Shown: piece after piece, positions 23,882 through 35,966 of the stretch
Position numbering within the stretch: the first letter of the stretch is position 1
How the letters are laid out: each line of letters starts with the position of its first letter
Source: Macrostomum lignano
Taxonomy: Eukaryota
Assembly (NCBI GenBank): GCA_002269645.1
Contig: NIVC01000572.1
Span: forward strand, 248,001 to 312,000
Length of the DNA: 64,000 nt
Direction: 5' to 3'
The notes under the pieces: model-generated
Databases searched by the model: none
What the model saw: the letters and a program-made list of their open reading frames with translations, nothing else
Told to the model about the DNA's origin: nothing
Made by a program: the position numbers and the translations under genes

Positions 23882-25404
23882 CAGATTAGCGTTGATGTGC
23901 TCAGTTCTTGCTCAACACGCGGCAAAAAATATTGCGTGCGAACAGACTAAACGCGTGTTAACTTTAACTTCCTAATTATTTGGCCCATAGAATAGTGACT
24001 ACGTAACGCATTACGGAGTATAGTGTTTCAAGCAAGGACTACTTAAAAACTCAGGACGTTGCACTCACGTGTGGTTAATGATGTCTTTTGATATTGTAGT
24101 AGGGCATTATTTTAGGAACGGGAACTAGTTGCGGGGAAATATGCTTTTTGCCTACTATCAGTAGTTTAAACCCAGGAAAATAATTAGAGCGGGGGTAAAT
24201 CGCTAGTTTTCGGGATCCTTTAGAACTACAGAGCAGTTGGACTCTTGGCATCTGGCTTGCGCGTCTTGCGAACAACAAGGAATTCGGTAAGAAAAGGAAA
24301 TAAAGGGAAATTATAAATTAGGATGGCACAAGAAGAATCTCGCCTCTAAACTAATGGGAGTCTTGCCCAAGCACAATTAAACGGAAATAGGAATCAAGGG
24401 GAATTAATGTAACCAATCTTTTGTACGTTAATGTTTTTCTTTTTTTAAAAACCTTAATAACTGTTGAAATCTCATTGGTGTCCTGACTCAATTCTTTAAT
24501 CTAAAACCAGAATTAGGGAATAGCAGGAACCTGGTGGCAGCGAACTACCAAATCTCAAATCAGTAGGAAGTAAAAATCCACTAAGAAATCCGTAGCAATA
24601 GAAAACCAGTAGCCTAAACCGCAGGTACTACGCCGATTCCAATATGTCTAGCCAAATGGAATGGTATTTTTGAAAATGAGGTGCAATCGCGTGGTTACGT
24701 AGTTCGACCAACCGCACTCAGTCAGTCAGTTTCATTATAGGTACTTGGACGTGTGTCTGGCGATAAAACTGCTGCTGCTCTCCGTATGAGTAGCGGATTT
24801 CGATTAAGTCAATGGTGTGAGAATTGATGTCTACTTCAATTTGCATTACTGATCAATCTGATGTCGGACAATCGATGAGCGGGACGATTGCGCTCACTGA
24901 GGACAAAGACAATGAACGCAGTGTACTGAACTGTTTCAATGAAGACGGTAAGTAGACCAAGAAGCGTTCCCAGAGTCCTTGTAGATGATAAGGTTAAAAT
25001 TGGAAATAAATTACTCTAAACGACGAGATGTCACGGCAAAAGCCCTCCAAAAAACGTCAAAAGATTCGCTCAAAAGTCAGTTTGAAGTGTTTTTATTGTC
25101 TGCGACTCTAATAACGATCCTAAGGTGAAGCAAGCGTCTCTGTCGCGACGATATTAACAGACTCTGAGGCCGAAGAGACGTATATGAGGCAGCTCAGTAG
25201 AATCAGCGGGGTTTGAAGTGCATTTGCGTCGCATACTGAATTGGAGTCATATCTCTAGCAAGAATTGAGCGCCGAAACGATTCTTGGATGACTCTTTCGC
25301 GACTCTTTTACGATTCTAGAACTCGCGTGACGCGCTTGTGACGCAACAGCCGCCTATCCGTCGCATTAGACGCGCTTTAGTCGTTGAAAAGTCACAAGAG
25401 TGTC

Positions 25405-25655
25405 ATGGAATGTGTCATGGAGACTCCAGTGTCATGGAGTCTCTCATGGAATGTCAGTTTGAGTCTCTCATGGAATGTCAGTTTGAGTCTCTCATGGAAT
25501 GTCAGTTTGAGTCTCTCATGGAATGTCGGCTTGAGTCTCTCATGGAATGTCGGCTTGAGTCTCTCATGGAATGTCAGTTTGAGTCTCTCATGGAATGTCA
25601 GTTTGAGTCTCTCACGGAATGTTAGTTTGAGTCTCTCTCGCGGAATGTCATTTTA
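25405..25655. repeat. 24-bp minisatellite, about 10 copies
   Basis: Unit gagtctctcatggaatgtcagttt, growing from the end of the dispersed-repeat copy at 24938-25400. Confidence 0.9.
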
Positions 25656-26023
25656 GTCTCTTGTGGAATTTTTGGCAAGGAGAGGCTTTGGTTTGATGTG
25701 GCTGGGGTGCTGTTTTTTGTCACTCAAATCACATCAGTCATCAATCGCATCACGATCGATTCCCGTAAACTATTCCTGAACATAAATGTAGTGGCATAGC
25801 AGCTTACAACGGTCATGCGTCACGCAATAGACGGAAATGGTTAAAAATTTTAATGACGACAGTTAATTGTACTGAGAAAAATTCATCAATGAAGCAAAGG
25901 TTTTTGCCGCTGCTGCTCGTAGCCAATAAAACTGCATCTGCTGCTATTTAAAAGTGGGATCTTTGCTGCTGCTGTTGTTGCTGCGGCTTCTGCTAGACGC
26001 TCGGCTGCTGTTTTCATCTCAAA

Positions 26024-26794
26024 ATGCTCCGTGAAGCCTCGACTTTTGCTGCAACAGAGGCAGCCATATTTTTGATTCTCTTTGGTGTGACCGCTGCGTC
26101 ATCTTGCAGCTCAAACTCATTCAAGTTCCATCCGATTCAAGGCTTTGACTGCATCAACTCCGACTTCGTTGAGACTCGACCTGATTGTAAAAATGAATTC
26201 TGTTGCTCATTTCTCTGCTCAAAGCGTACAACCTGTCAAGCATTCACCTTTAATGCTGCTCTGTGTCGCCTCTTTGTGTTCAACCAATGCAGCAAGAGAG
26301 TGAAAGACTGCGCCTGCACCAAAACTGCACAAATCTATGTGAAGAAGTACAATGGAGTTAGTGATGGCTCGCTGTGTCCAACCGAATACACACACGATCG
26401 GTGCGGAGTGAAGTACAAACTGCTGACCGATGTGAAGAAATGGCCAGAGCAAAAAGCTGCGTGTGACTCAGACAAAGGCTTGTCAATGATGGCTGATGTG
26501 ATTGATGAAGCAGAGATGCTGCACATTCACAGTTTGGTGAGTCACGGTTGGACAAGTAGCTACCTTCACGTGGGAGGCGAACAGCAGCCAGGTAGCACGG
26601 AACCTGGCGGTGGCTGGCGCTGGCTGTGCGGTGAATCAGTGAACCAGAGCCTGTGGCACAGCGCCCAGCCTAACAACAATGGCGGTGACGAGTCGATAGT
26701 CTATCAAAAGAGAGGCAGCGGTAACGCCCTGTTCGATGGAGGTGTCAATCAACAGTTCCAAGGTCTGTGCGAATGTGTGTCCCCATTCACCTGA
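26024..26794 (+). CDS. Secreted PAN/Apple-like plus C-type lectin domain protein, intronless, 256 aa
   Basis: Hydrophobic signal-like N-terminus, a PAN-like Cys pattern (CSFLC...CQAFTF...CRL) and a CTLD (CP..., WPEQKAAC, VGG, GGGWRW..G, W..AQPNN.GGDE, LCE). Confidence 0.85.
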   Translation: MLREASTFAATEAAIFLILFGVTAASSCSSNSFKFHPIQGFDCINSDFVETRPDCKNEFCCSFLCSKRTTCQAFTFNAALCRLFVFNQCSKRVKDCACTKTAQIYVKKYNGVSDGSLCPTEYTHDRCGVKYKLLTDVKKWPEQKAACDSDKGLSMMADVIDEAEMLHIHSLVSHGWTSSYLHVGGEQQPGSTEPGGGWRWLCGESVNQSLWHSAQPNNNGGDESIVYQKRGSGNALFDGGVNQQFQGLCECVSPFT

Positions 26795-27224
26795 AGGATA
26801 TTACTAAGAGTCGAATGATTTTTCGATTGGGAAAGTTGCTTGTTATGCAGCTGGTATCGTAAAATTTATGCAACTTAATTAATAAACTGATTAACAACAC
26901 TAATTATGATTAAAGTTTAGAAAGTTGATTACTACTCCAATAAATATTGATATTTCACGATTTTCTAGCAGATTTTCTTAACTAAACGATCTTGATCTCC
27001 TTTGTTATATCTCGCTTTAAAATTCTCTCCTACAAATATTTAACTTTCTCTTGCAGATTCCCATGTACTTCTGCGTGTTTTAACATCTTACGTGTAGCAA
27101 ATCTGTGATGTTTGTTTACTAATTCAAATATATTTTTGTAGACCGAGCTATATGACTCGAAAACATTAACCACAAAAATGATATATAAATTCTGAAAAGC
27201 AAATTGTTTAACTTCTGTTATTTT

Positions 27225-27430
27225 CATCCGGTCATTGAGCAGCGTCAGAGGCGGGGCAATCTCAGTGCCCACATGAAGCACCTCGGTCTTCTTCTTGGCG
27301 CTGATCTGCAGACCTACGCGGGCACCCTCCTCGTATTGATTGCTCTCAGGACCTCAGGAGGCCGCGAGCTGCGGCGCTTGGGTGCACCACAAAGCCATCC
27401 TCCTCCTGGCAGAGTCCTGCGGACGAACAG
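27225..27430 (-). mobile_element. Short decayed RTE-like reverse transcriptase fragment
   Basis: The minus strand reads ...YEEGARVGLQISAKKKTEVLHVG, matching the GLxISxxKTEV motif that follows the RT catalytic DD. Confidence 0.6.
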
Positions 27431-28010
27431 CAGGGGGAGAGGGAGAGGAGAGGAAACTACGGTGGGTCCATCGGATGTGTGGACGAAGGCCACAGAAGCG
27501 CTGTACATGTCCATGACTGCCTGCGCTGAGCGAGCAGCCAGGCTATGGCCAGCCTGGTGTCTCTATAAGGTCACCTTACCCTATAGTGTCTATCCACTTA
27601 TCCGTTATTGGCTCCAAGAGCACCTCCTCAGTAATTACTTTAAGGGTACTTCTATAGTTCTGACAGATTATGACTACTTCGGGTACCAAGTTACTATATC
27701 ATCATATGGGTGGGTTTCAGAAACGCGAAACTTCACAACCGCTAAAAATTTTGCAGTCAATTTCATAAGCGACAGTTTTTTAGCGGTTGTGAAGTTTCGC
27801 GTTTGTGAACGCAAACTTGGCATAGCATTAGCTCGTATATTAATAAAGTTGAAATTCAGCTACCATTCCACGTATAGCAATTGAACAGTAAACTACAGCA
27901 CAACGCTGCAAAGTAGAACTGCTGTTTCCAGCAGTAGAGAAAAAGTTTAATTCCCAATTTTTTAATTCACCATTGACAGGTTTGAACAGGCCAGAAAAGT
28001 GTTTGTTGCT

Positions 28011-28553
28011 TGGCTGCACTCAAAGAGCTGCAGCAGCAGCGAAAACTGCAACAGAAATTCCATTGTCTCGAAAGGATGTTGCTTGAGGTGGGGAATAGGG
28101 AACAGGGCGCCACCCCCACTCCCAAACTTTGAGAGCTTTCCTCAAGCTTTGGCTGCACTCAAAGAGCTGCAGCAGCAAAAACTGCAACAGAAATTCCATT
28201 GTCTCGAAAGGATGTTGCTTGAGGTGGGGAATAGGGAACAGGGCGCCACCCCCACTCCCAAACTTTGAGAGCTTTCCTCAAGCTTTGGCTGCACTCAAAG
28301 AGCTGCAGCAGCAAAAACTGCAACAGAAATTCCATTGTCTCGAAAGGATGTTGCTTGAGGTGGGGAATAGGGAACAGGGCGCCACCCCCACTCCCAAACT
28401 TTGAGAGCTTTCCTCAAGCTTTGGCTGCACTCAAAGAGCTGCAGCAGCAAAAACTGCAACAGAAATTCCATTGTCTCGAAAGGATGTTGCTTGAGGTGGG
28501 GGAATAGGGAACAGGGCGCCACCCCCACTCCCAAACTTTGAGAGCTTTCCCCA
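28011..28553. repeat. 136-bp tandem repeat x4
   Basis: Units start at about 28011, 28150, 28286 and 28422 (tggctgcactcaaagagctgcagcagc...). Related single-copy sequence occurs at about 31000-31290. Confidence 0.95.
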
Positions 28554-28762
28554 ACTAGCAATAGTTTCCACTCTTAGTTAGGATATTCTCAAGAGGCAAA
28601 TTTGCCATCGTCATTCATCATCGCCTCAACAACCTGAATGCTGGCAGCAGCAGCACGGATCAGTAAAGTTTCTTTGCAAACCCAATTAACTAAGCAGCCA
28701 GCAAGCAAATAAATAATTTATAAGGCAGTCGCCAAAAATCCAATGACTGCAGCAGCAGCATA

Positions 28763-30092
28763 ATCGCTTTTGACGATCTAAATGGGACTTTGGACAATCA
28801 AAACGGGACGCCATAGACATTGCTATGCACTTTTGGGTGACAATAACACGCGCGTGGGATGCGTGTTAATGTCATTTTGGACATTAACACGAAACGGCAG
28901 TTTAAACAATAACAAAGGGTAAATTTTTTTATGTTAGAAAAACATCAAAAACTGTTCAACAAAGACATCGTATGTTAATCAGTTAATCCCAGGCCTAAAC
29001 AGAAACGTCACTCAAAAAGAATATCGATCAGATTGCGCCTGCCGCCAATGGTCACTTTCATCTTCTGCGCCGTCGGTCTTGATAAACATCCGCACATTCC
29101 TCCATCGTAGCCTCGCCGCTTATTGTGATTGGATTTTGGACGAGCTTGCTTAACGATCTTATTATTGACATTAGTTTCGGAAACTGTATGATTCAGCGCC
29201 TGATCCACAGCCAGAGATGCCCTATACCAACTGCGATCACGTCGCCTCGATAAGTAGCGCTTCACAGTTCGCTCACACTTTTGCTCAGCTTCGCCCCACA
29301 CCCCCATTCTCTACTCTCCCCCCTCCTCGACTCCTTCCGGCGCCAACTAATGCCATAGACGAAAGCGCATAGCAATGTTTCTACTGCACTATTTTTGAGT
29401 GTTAATGTTATCAGACTCGGCCTGCTTGGGAATACACAGCCATAGAATGTGGAATGAACAATAAAAATGGGAATTCGCCAATTTAATGTATTTTTATATA
29501 TCAGGGCCCACTGGGAATATTTAAAAGTGAACAAAGTGAAAGCGCTCAGTCAGCAGTTCAGACAATTCCTTGAGTGTCAAGAAAGGATTTTCATCGAGTA
29601 TTTCAACCAAGAATTCTCTCATTTCCGGATCGGCTTTGCACGATCCAATTCTTTCCGACCACAGCGACGAAGGGATTCCACTCTGCCATCGAGTCGAAAG
29701 TTGGCAGCGATTCGGAATGCGGTTGTTTTCTTGATTTGCAGGATTCTTGCCGCTCCTGTGATGGATGACCCTTGCTCAATCGCATCAATCAGCCGCTGGC
29801 GATCTGCTACAGGAATTGCTGGCGCCATTGAATAGGGTCGCTTTCAGGCCAAAAGACGAGCACACAGGGAAGGGAAGGGACAGAGAGCTGTAAAATCTCA
29901 GTCCGATTCCCGTTTTGAATGGCTTTTTCCCATATTGAATGTCCGAAGTTATAGTCTATGGCCAAGCCTTCCTCAGTAGACTTTGCTAAACTGCTTAAGT
30001 CCATGACTAGGGTGCAATCTGTGGCCTGGCTTGAATGTCTATGGCGTCCCGTTTTGATTGTCCAAATCCCCATTTAGATCGTCAAAAGCGAT
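28763..30092 (-). mobile_element. Decayed Tc1/mariner-type DNA transposon, about 1.33 kb
   Basis: About 60-bp TIRs (atcgcttttgacgatctaaatggg...aaacgggacgccatagacatt at 28763-28822 and its inverse at about 30036-30092). The minus ORF 29619-29828 encodes a paired-type HTH (RQRLIDAIEQGSSITGAARILQIKKTTAFRIAANFRLDGRV). The rest of the transposase is broken. Confidence 0.8.
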
Positions 30093-30102
30093 ATTGCTTT
30101 TG

Positions 30103-30969
30103 TCCTACTATGTGGAACATGTAGTGGGCATCCAAAACGGAACGGGCCATTAGAATTCTATGGCCAAGCGTTTAAACTACTGAGACAGCAAGCCACAGAC
30201 AACTCGATTTGTCCTGCTAGATGGAACGATAAGCCAGAATCGAAGGAACAATTTGAGTTTTATTATAAAAACTGAATCAATAAAGCATATTTTGTCACAA
30301 ATTAGAAGCATCAAAATTACGGTCAAATCTCAAAACAGATGTCGCTGCAAACACAATTCAAACATCTGTTGCAGCACAGCTCCAACCCAGCACTTGTCAG
30401 AAGTGGTTGCTTGGCCAATTAACGGCTTCAGCCGCCCACCTCTCGCTCGAGTAACATCAATCTCCATACTTACTGATCGTGTCAGTTTCTCAGAATTCTT
30501 GTTGAAATTCCGTTCTGTGGGGCCATCCATAAAAATTGCCCAGTTTCCGTTAGGGTCCAGCTGATGGCAGCGGTCTGCTACATGTAAGTGGCAGCTTCCA
30601 ACCTGCGGCTTGTTCAAATGTTGACCAGATGCGGTAAACAGAACAGTTGGATACTCTATCAACACTGACACACCCTTGATAGACAGTCCACGGTGCAAGG
30701 CGGTGACAGTACGCTGACGGTCGCGTACAGAAATTTGCGGACCTATTATGCTTAACTCGATTAGCCGATCGAGTTAACACAGAAGAAAAGGAAAGCGTCC
30801 TGTTGTCTCTGTGAAAAACTCAAACCCTTCCTTCTATTCTGACTCACCGTTCCATCTAGCATGGCAAATCGAGTTGTCTGTGGCTTGCTTTCTCGATTAG
30901 TTCAAAACGCTTGGCTATAAAATTCTATAGCCGTTACGTTTAGCATGCCCACTGTTCCACATAGCACGG
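30103..30969. mobile_element. Fold-back/MITE-like element with about 155-bp imperfect inverted repeats
   Basis: 30105-30260 matches the reverse complement of 30815-30968 (ctatgtggaac...aagccacagacaactcgatttg...gctagatggaacg...tttgagttt). No clear TSD. Confidence 0.75.
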
Positions 30970-32589
30970 ATTATTCACAGGTGGGAAAGAGCCAGAAAAA
31001 TGCTGTTTGCTGCTTAGCTGCACTCAAAAAGCTGCAACTGCAGCACTAACAGCCATAACTCTGCAACTGAAATTCTATTATCTTGGAACCCCCTTGCGCG
31101 GCAGTTGATCTTGCAATCATTGCGCGGGGGTGCCACATGCATAGGAGATGCTGAAGGGATGAAGGGAAGCCCCCTCAGCAGCATTCCATCAGTATGTTTC
31201 TTTGCAAAGCCGTTTAATTAAGCTGCAGCTGCAGCAAGCCAATAAATAATTTATGAACTCTACTTGCAGCAGCGGTAGCAGCAACTGGAAGTTATTTCTA
31301 ATTAGCATCTGACCTACAGAATCATTAACTGCTGCTGCATTTAAGTTAGTACTTCATATAGTAAGAAATATGAAGTACTTCGTAATGTCTTTTTTTAACC
31401 GCAACAGAAACTTCACTGTCACAAAGACATTATTTCAGGCAATGATGTGAATAAATGCTGTTGTGATGTGATGCTGATTTTGAATGCGGGTGAGAGTGAG
31501 ACTGCGATGCTGTTGTGAATTGGGAACGGAGGAGTTAGTGAATGCTGTGACTTGTCGGTTTTGTTGTGCCTGGGGAGACATCACACACGTGTTCATCTGT
31601 GGTCGGTGACACAGTGAGAGTGTGTAAGTGGGTATAAAGTGAGAGTGAGAGAACAAAAGAGAAGAAAGAAGAGGAGAGGAGAGAGGAGATTACACAGAAG
31701 AGCGCTGAGAAGAGATCTACTGTAAACATTGATGAGACCGGATTGCTATTGTGAAGTTTCAAGAGCCGGATGCATCAGCTGCAGTCATTGATGCAGAACA
31801 CCCTTTTACAGAATGCGTATGCAGATGCACAAATCCGCGTCTTTACCGCACCAACTTCCTCTTCTCTCCCTTGTCATCTGTTCCCCCTGGCTACCGGTTC
31901 CTATCCTAATAAAGACGGTTGTTCCAACAAAGAAATACCGATGAACATGTCGAAACGAACTGCTATTTTCAGATATACAAAGAAGCAGCATAAGAATTGC
32001 TCAACAAACGTGCTGTTATAGTTTTTTTACAGATGTACTTTTAAAGCAATACAGCTAATTACACAGCGGCTTAACAACCGTCAAAGAGCAAAGAGTACAC
32101 AATGATTGGTAGCATTGACAAACGGCAGAAAATGCAGCAATGTTAAGACAAATTTACAGAGTTTTCAATTTCGTCAGCATTATGAAGGAAGCTGATCGGT
32201 AGGAGTTGAGAAAATAAATATTATTTAAATGTTATTTAAGCAGCAGCGCATTGCAAGAGGTGATGTAGCAAGCAAGAAATAAAATCGCACCATTTTATCA
32301 GTAGTATCGCATTTGCCTACTCACCCGCAGTAGTAGAGTGTAACGAGTTAATCGTTAATTTTAAGAAAAAGTAAGAAAAATTGGAATTATTCATAGAGTA
32401 AAAATTTGCTGATCTACAAATTTAAACTGCGTTTGCCTCCCAAAACATGCTACTAACAGTAGCCAGTTGGCTGAGAGTGAAAATTAATTGAGCTGAAGTG
32501 AATTCTTCTTAAATATTATAGCGGCTTGTTAAAGACAAAAAGAGTATAACAAATACTGCTGGGAAGTTGAGACAGGAATTAAATATGGA

Positions 32590-32940
32590 ATAAGGAGAAT
32601 AGATAACAGGGGAAACAGGGAAATTAGAGATAAGATAACAGGGAAATTAGAGATGAGATAACAGGGGAATTAGAAATTAGATAACAGGGGAATTAGAGAT
32701 AAGATAACAGGGGAATTAGAGATTAGATAACAGGGGAATTAGAGATTAAATAAAAAGGGGAATTTTAGATTAGATAACAGGGAAATTAGAGATTAAATAA
32801 AAAGGGTAATTATAGATTAGATAACAGGGAAATTAGAGATTAGATAACAGGGGAATTAGAGATTAGATAACAGGGGAATTAGATAACAGATAGCAGGGGA
32901 ATTAGAGATTAAATAAAAGGGGAATTAGAGATTAGATAGG
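32590..32940. repeat. 23-bp purine-rich minisatellite
   Basis: Unit agataacaggggaattagagatt. Confidence 0.9.
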
Positions 32941-33128
32941 ATACCTAAGTTTAATTGAGAATCAGAAAATGACCAACCAACCGCCAAGGTCAAGGTAAAC
33001 AGATTTTAAGATGCTAGCATTGGTGAAACAAAATATTAGCATGGGTGCGTGCGAAACAGCTACCTGGGAAGCATTAGGCACAGAAGCACTAGAAACTACA
33101 GGTACCGCTATTGTACAAATTAATCAGT

Positions 33129-34150
33129 TTAAGCAATTGCGTCTTCGTCATCGTCCGGACACCAGGCGAGGCTGGACTCGTAGAATGCGATGACCAACTC
33201 AGGGCAGCGAATGTTCGCCTCCGAGGCCGGGACCAGCTCCGCCTCGGATGACTGGCTGTTGTCGGTGTCCCGCCAGCGCACCAGCAGGTGCAACTTGCCG
33301 TCCAGCTTTGCGGCGCCGACCACCTTTGGGGGAGGCGGTTGATCAATTTAAATAAAAATACATCTTTTACGACAGATACTACTTATATAAGGTTAATCTT
33401 CAAGGGTAAAATCAACAATCGACAGTCACTACTCACAAATTTCGTATAGATGTTAATTTGCTAGATACAATTAGGGAAACTATTATAAATTAGCTAGATA
33501 CTACTTACTTTTATGTTTCAATCGATGCGTACTATTATTGAAAAAATATTGTAAAAACGGAACATACTACTAACCCAGACATTGTTTTGAAGGACCAACT
33601 AAAGCCACAGTCCCGATGCCAAACTGAAAACCCAGGATGCCATGACACGCGTATACAACAAAAACCCTTTGTTCAAAAACCATTTTCACTACACTACTGA
33701 CTGCATCAGCAGTAGTAGTAAGCAGAGAATTTTCAAGCCAACCTTTTCCGGCTCCAAGCCGCGTTCGAAACCCTCTGGCCCGCTGGGCAGCGGCTCCTCA
33801 TTAAACAGAGCTCCAACAGATGGAGCAGCTTCAGAGGCCACGGATTCTGTTGCCGAGGGAGACTGCGGCTGCACCTGTTGCTGCTTTGGCCGCCTTCCGC
33901 TTCGTTGATTTCTCTTTTTAGCTGCGGATTCTTTGAGAAATTCTTCAATCAGTTCGGTGCAATCGCAGTTCTCCTCGGGCTCCCAGGTGTCTTCCTCTGG
34001 GCCGTAGCCTTTCCAACGGATCTTGAATTGGCGCTTGCCGTGGCGCCTGCGCATGGCCAGGATCTTCTCGACCATGAACTCCTGCCCGGAGTCGGAGCCC
34101 TCCGAGTTCATGCTCGGCTGTTCGCCCGCTGCCTCCTCTGCTGCCGACAT
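33129..34150 (-). CDS. HP1: Heterochromatin protein 1 / chromobox family protein, 200 aa, 2 exons
   Basis: Exon 33743-34150 has a chromodomain (EFMVEKIL...WKGYGPEEDTWEPEEN) and basic hinge. Exon 33129-33323 has a chromoshadow domain (VVGAAKLDGKLHLLVRW...ANIRCPELVIAFYE). GT-AG phase-0 intron. Confidence 0.95.
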
Positions 34151-34229
34151 TGCTTAGGGTGGCTGATGGGGGGTTGACTACAGTCTGTAGATCATGGCTT
34201 ACATAGTGTCTATAGATTATTACATGTAA

Positions 34230-34830
34230 GTTTATCTAGAGCTAATCCATAAGATTATAAAATGTGCATCTATATACATCTAACTGTGTCTATAGACTAT
34301 GGTGTGTACCTGTAGACTATGGTGTGGATCTATAGACTATTGTGTGTATCTATAGACTGTGTGTATCTATAGACTGTGTATCTACTGTATAGACTGTGTA
34401 TCTATAGACTGTGTATCTATAGGACTACGGTGTATATCTATACAGTAGACTATGGTGTGCGTCTATAGATTATGGTGTCTATCTATAGACTCGTGTGTAT
34501 CTATACACTATGGTATGTTTCTATAGACTATCGTGTGTATCTATATACATATCATGCGTATCTATAGACTGTGTATCTATAGACTACGGTGTATATCTAT
34601 ACAGTAGACTATGGTGTACGTCTATAGATTATGGTGTGTATCTATACACCATGTATGTTTCTATAGACTATCGTGTGTATCTATATACTCGTACATATCA
34701 TGCGTATCTATAGATTATCGTTCACATCTATAGACGAGCATACGTAAAGATCATGTGTAATATACTTTCGTGTGTATCTATAGACTATCCTGTACATCCT
34801 GTACATCTGTAGACTATCGTGATGATCTTT
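34230..34830. repeat. Degenerate about 20-bp satellite with palindromic tctataga core, immediately upstream of HP1
   Basis: Recurring gtgtatctatagactat(g/c)g. Confidence 0.85.
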
Positions 34831-35966
34831 AGACTGTTACTAATGGGCATCTATAAAAAGATTCTGATTTCTCTTAAGCCTATAGCTTAGGATAAAACCT
34901 AATTTATAAGACTGAAGGTCAAAAAATGCTTATTTAATTTTATTATTTGTATTTGCATACAATATGGTTATCTAATATTGGAATATATATTGAGTAAAAT
35001 ATATTATGACTCATACCATAAGTCGGGTACTGTATAATGCAATAATAATGCTTATATTATTATTTAACACACACATCTAGTTGCGACGTATTGCACACAA
35101 AATTGACTGGCAACTAAAAATAAAAATAACCAATGAAAAGATGAGTTTCTTAAAGAATAAAGAACATTTGACAAAAAAAGCGACGCAGCAAAAAGCTGGG
35201 AGTGACTAGAGCAAGTACAAAGCATACTACTGATGCCAGTAGCAAAAGCAAGAAAGCTGGCTGTTTCAAAGAAACAAAAAAACAGGAAAAATTGTTTACA
35301 AAAGCATTTTTTCAACAAATAAAACCTGTGAACTTTAATTGGAATTGAATATGTTTTCTCGGCGCGTTGAACCAAGAAACACAGACCTAGTGAGCACCAG
35401 AAAATATGAAAAATGAAAACTTCAAATAACAAAATAGGTATATTTAATGTACAGACGGATTTGAATTTTATTTTATTTCAACTTAAAATTGAAACCCACT
35501 ATTAAAATACTAGGAATAAATTACTATATACACGTTAAATATAAAATATCAAATCATAGTCATAGATAGTAACAACACGAAAAACATTTAATAAAGACTT
35601 CTAAATAAAATAAAATCCTGAATTTACTATTTAACAAAAAATCTAGTAAGTAGTAGGTACAGATTTATGGTTAGAACGATTTTATATAACTTGGCTCAAT
35701 AATTACTAAAATGTACTATCAATGTAATATCGACGCTCTAAACACTAACCTACAACCCATAGTAGTTTGAGTCGTTAAAAAGCCACAAGAGTCGCGCCCA
35801 GACTCGGCTAGTAAGTTGTTAGCAATGACTCTTTAGCGATTTTTGCCATGGTAACGTTATCAACTGAATACTACTCAGATTGAGAATGTTGTCAGTAGCT
35901 GTTTGCGAGTCTGTTTCGAATTTATTATGAGAAATTCCATTTTTCTGTCCTACATACTACTTGCAC

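Noticed and set aside
24690-24720. gttcga B-box-like motif suggesting a tRNA or SINE
   Set aside because: No A-box spacing or cloverleaf could be built.
27204-27884. 226-aa plus-strand ORF
   Set aside because: No recognisable domain; its GC-rich part is the antisense of an RT fragment.
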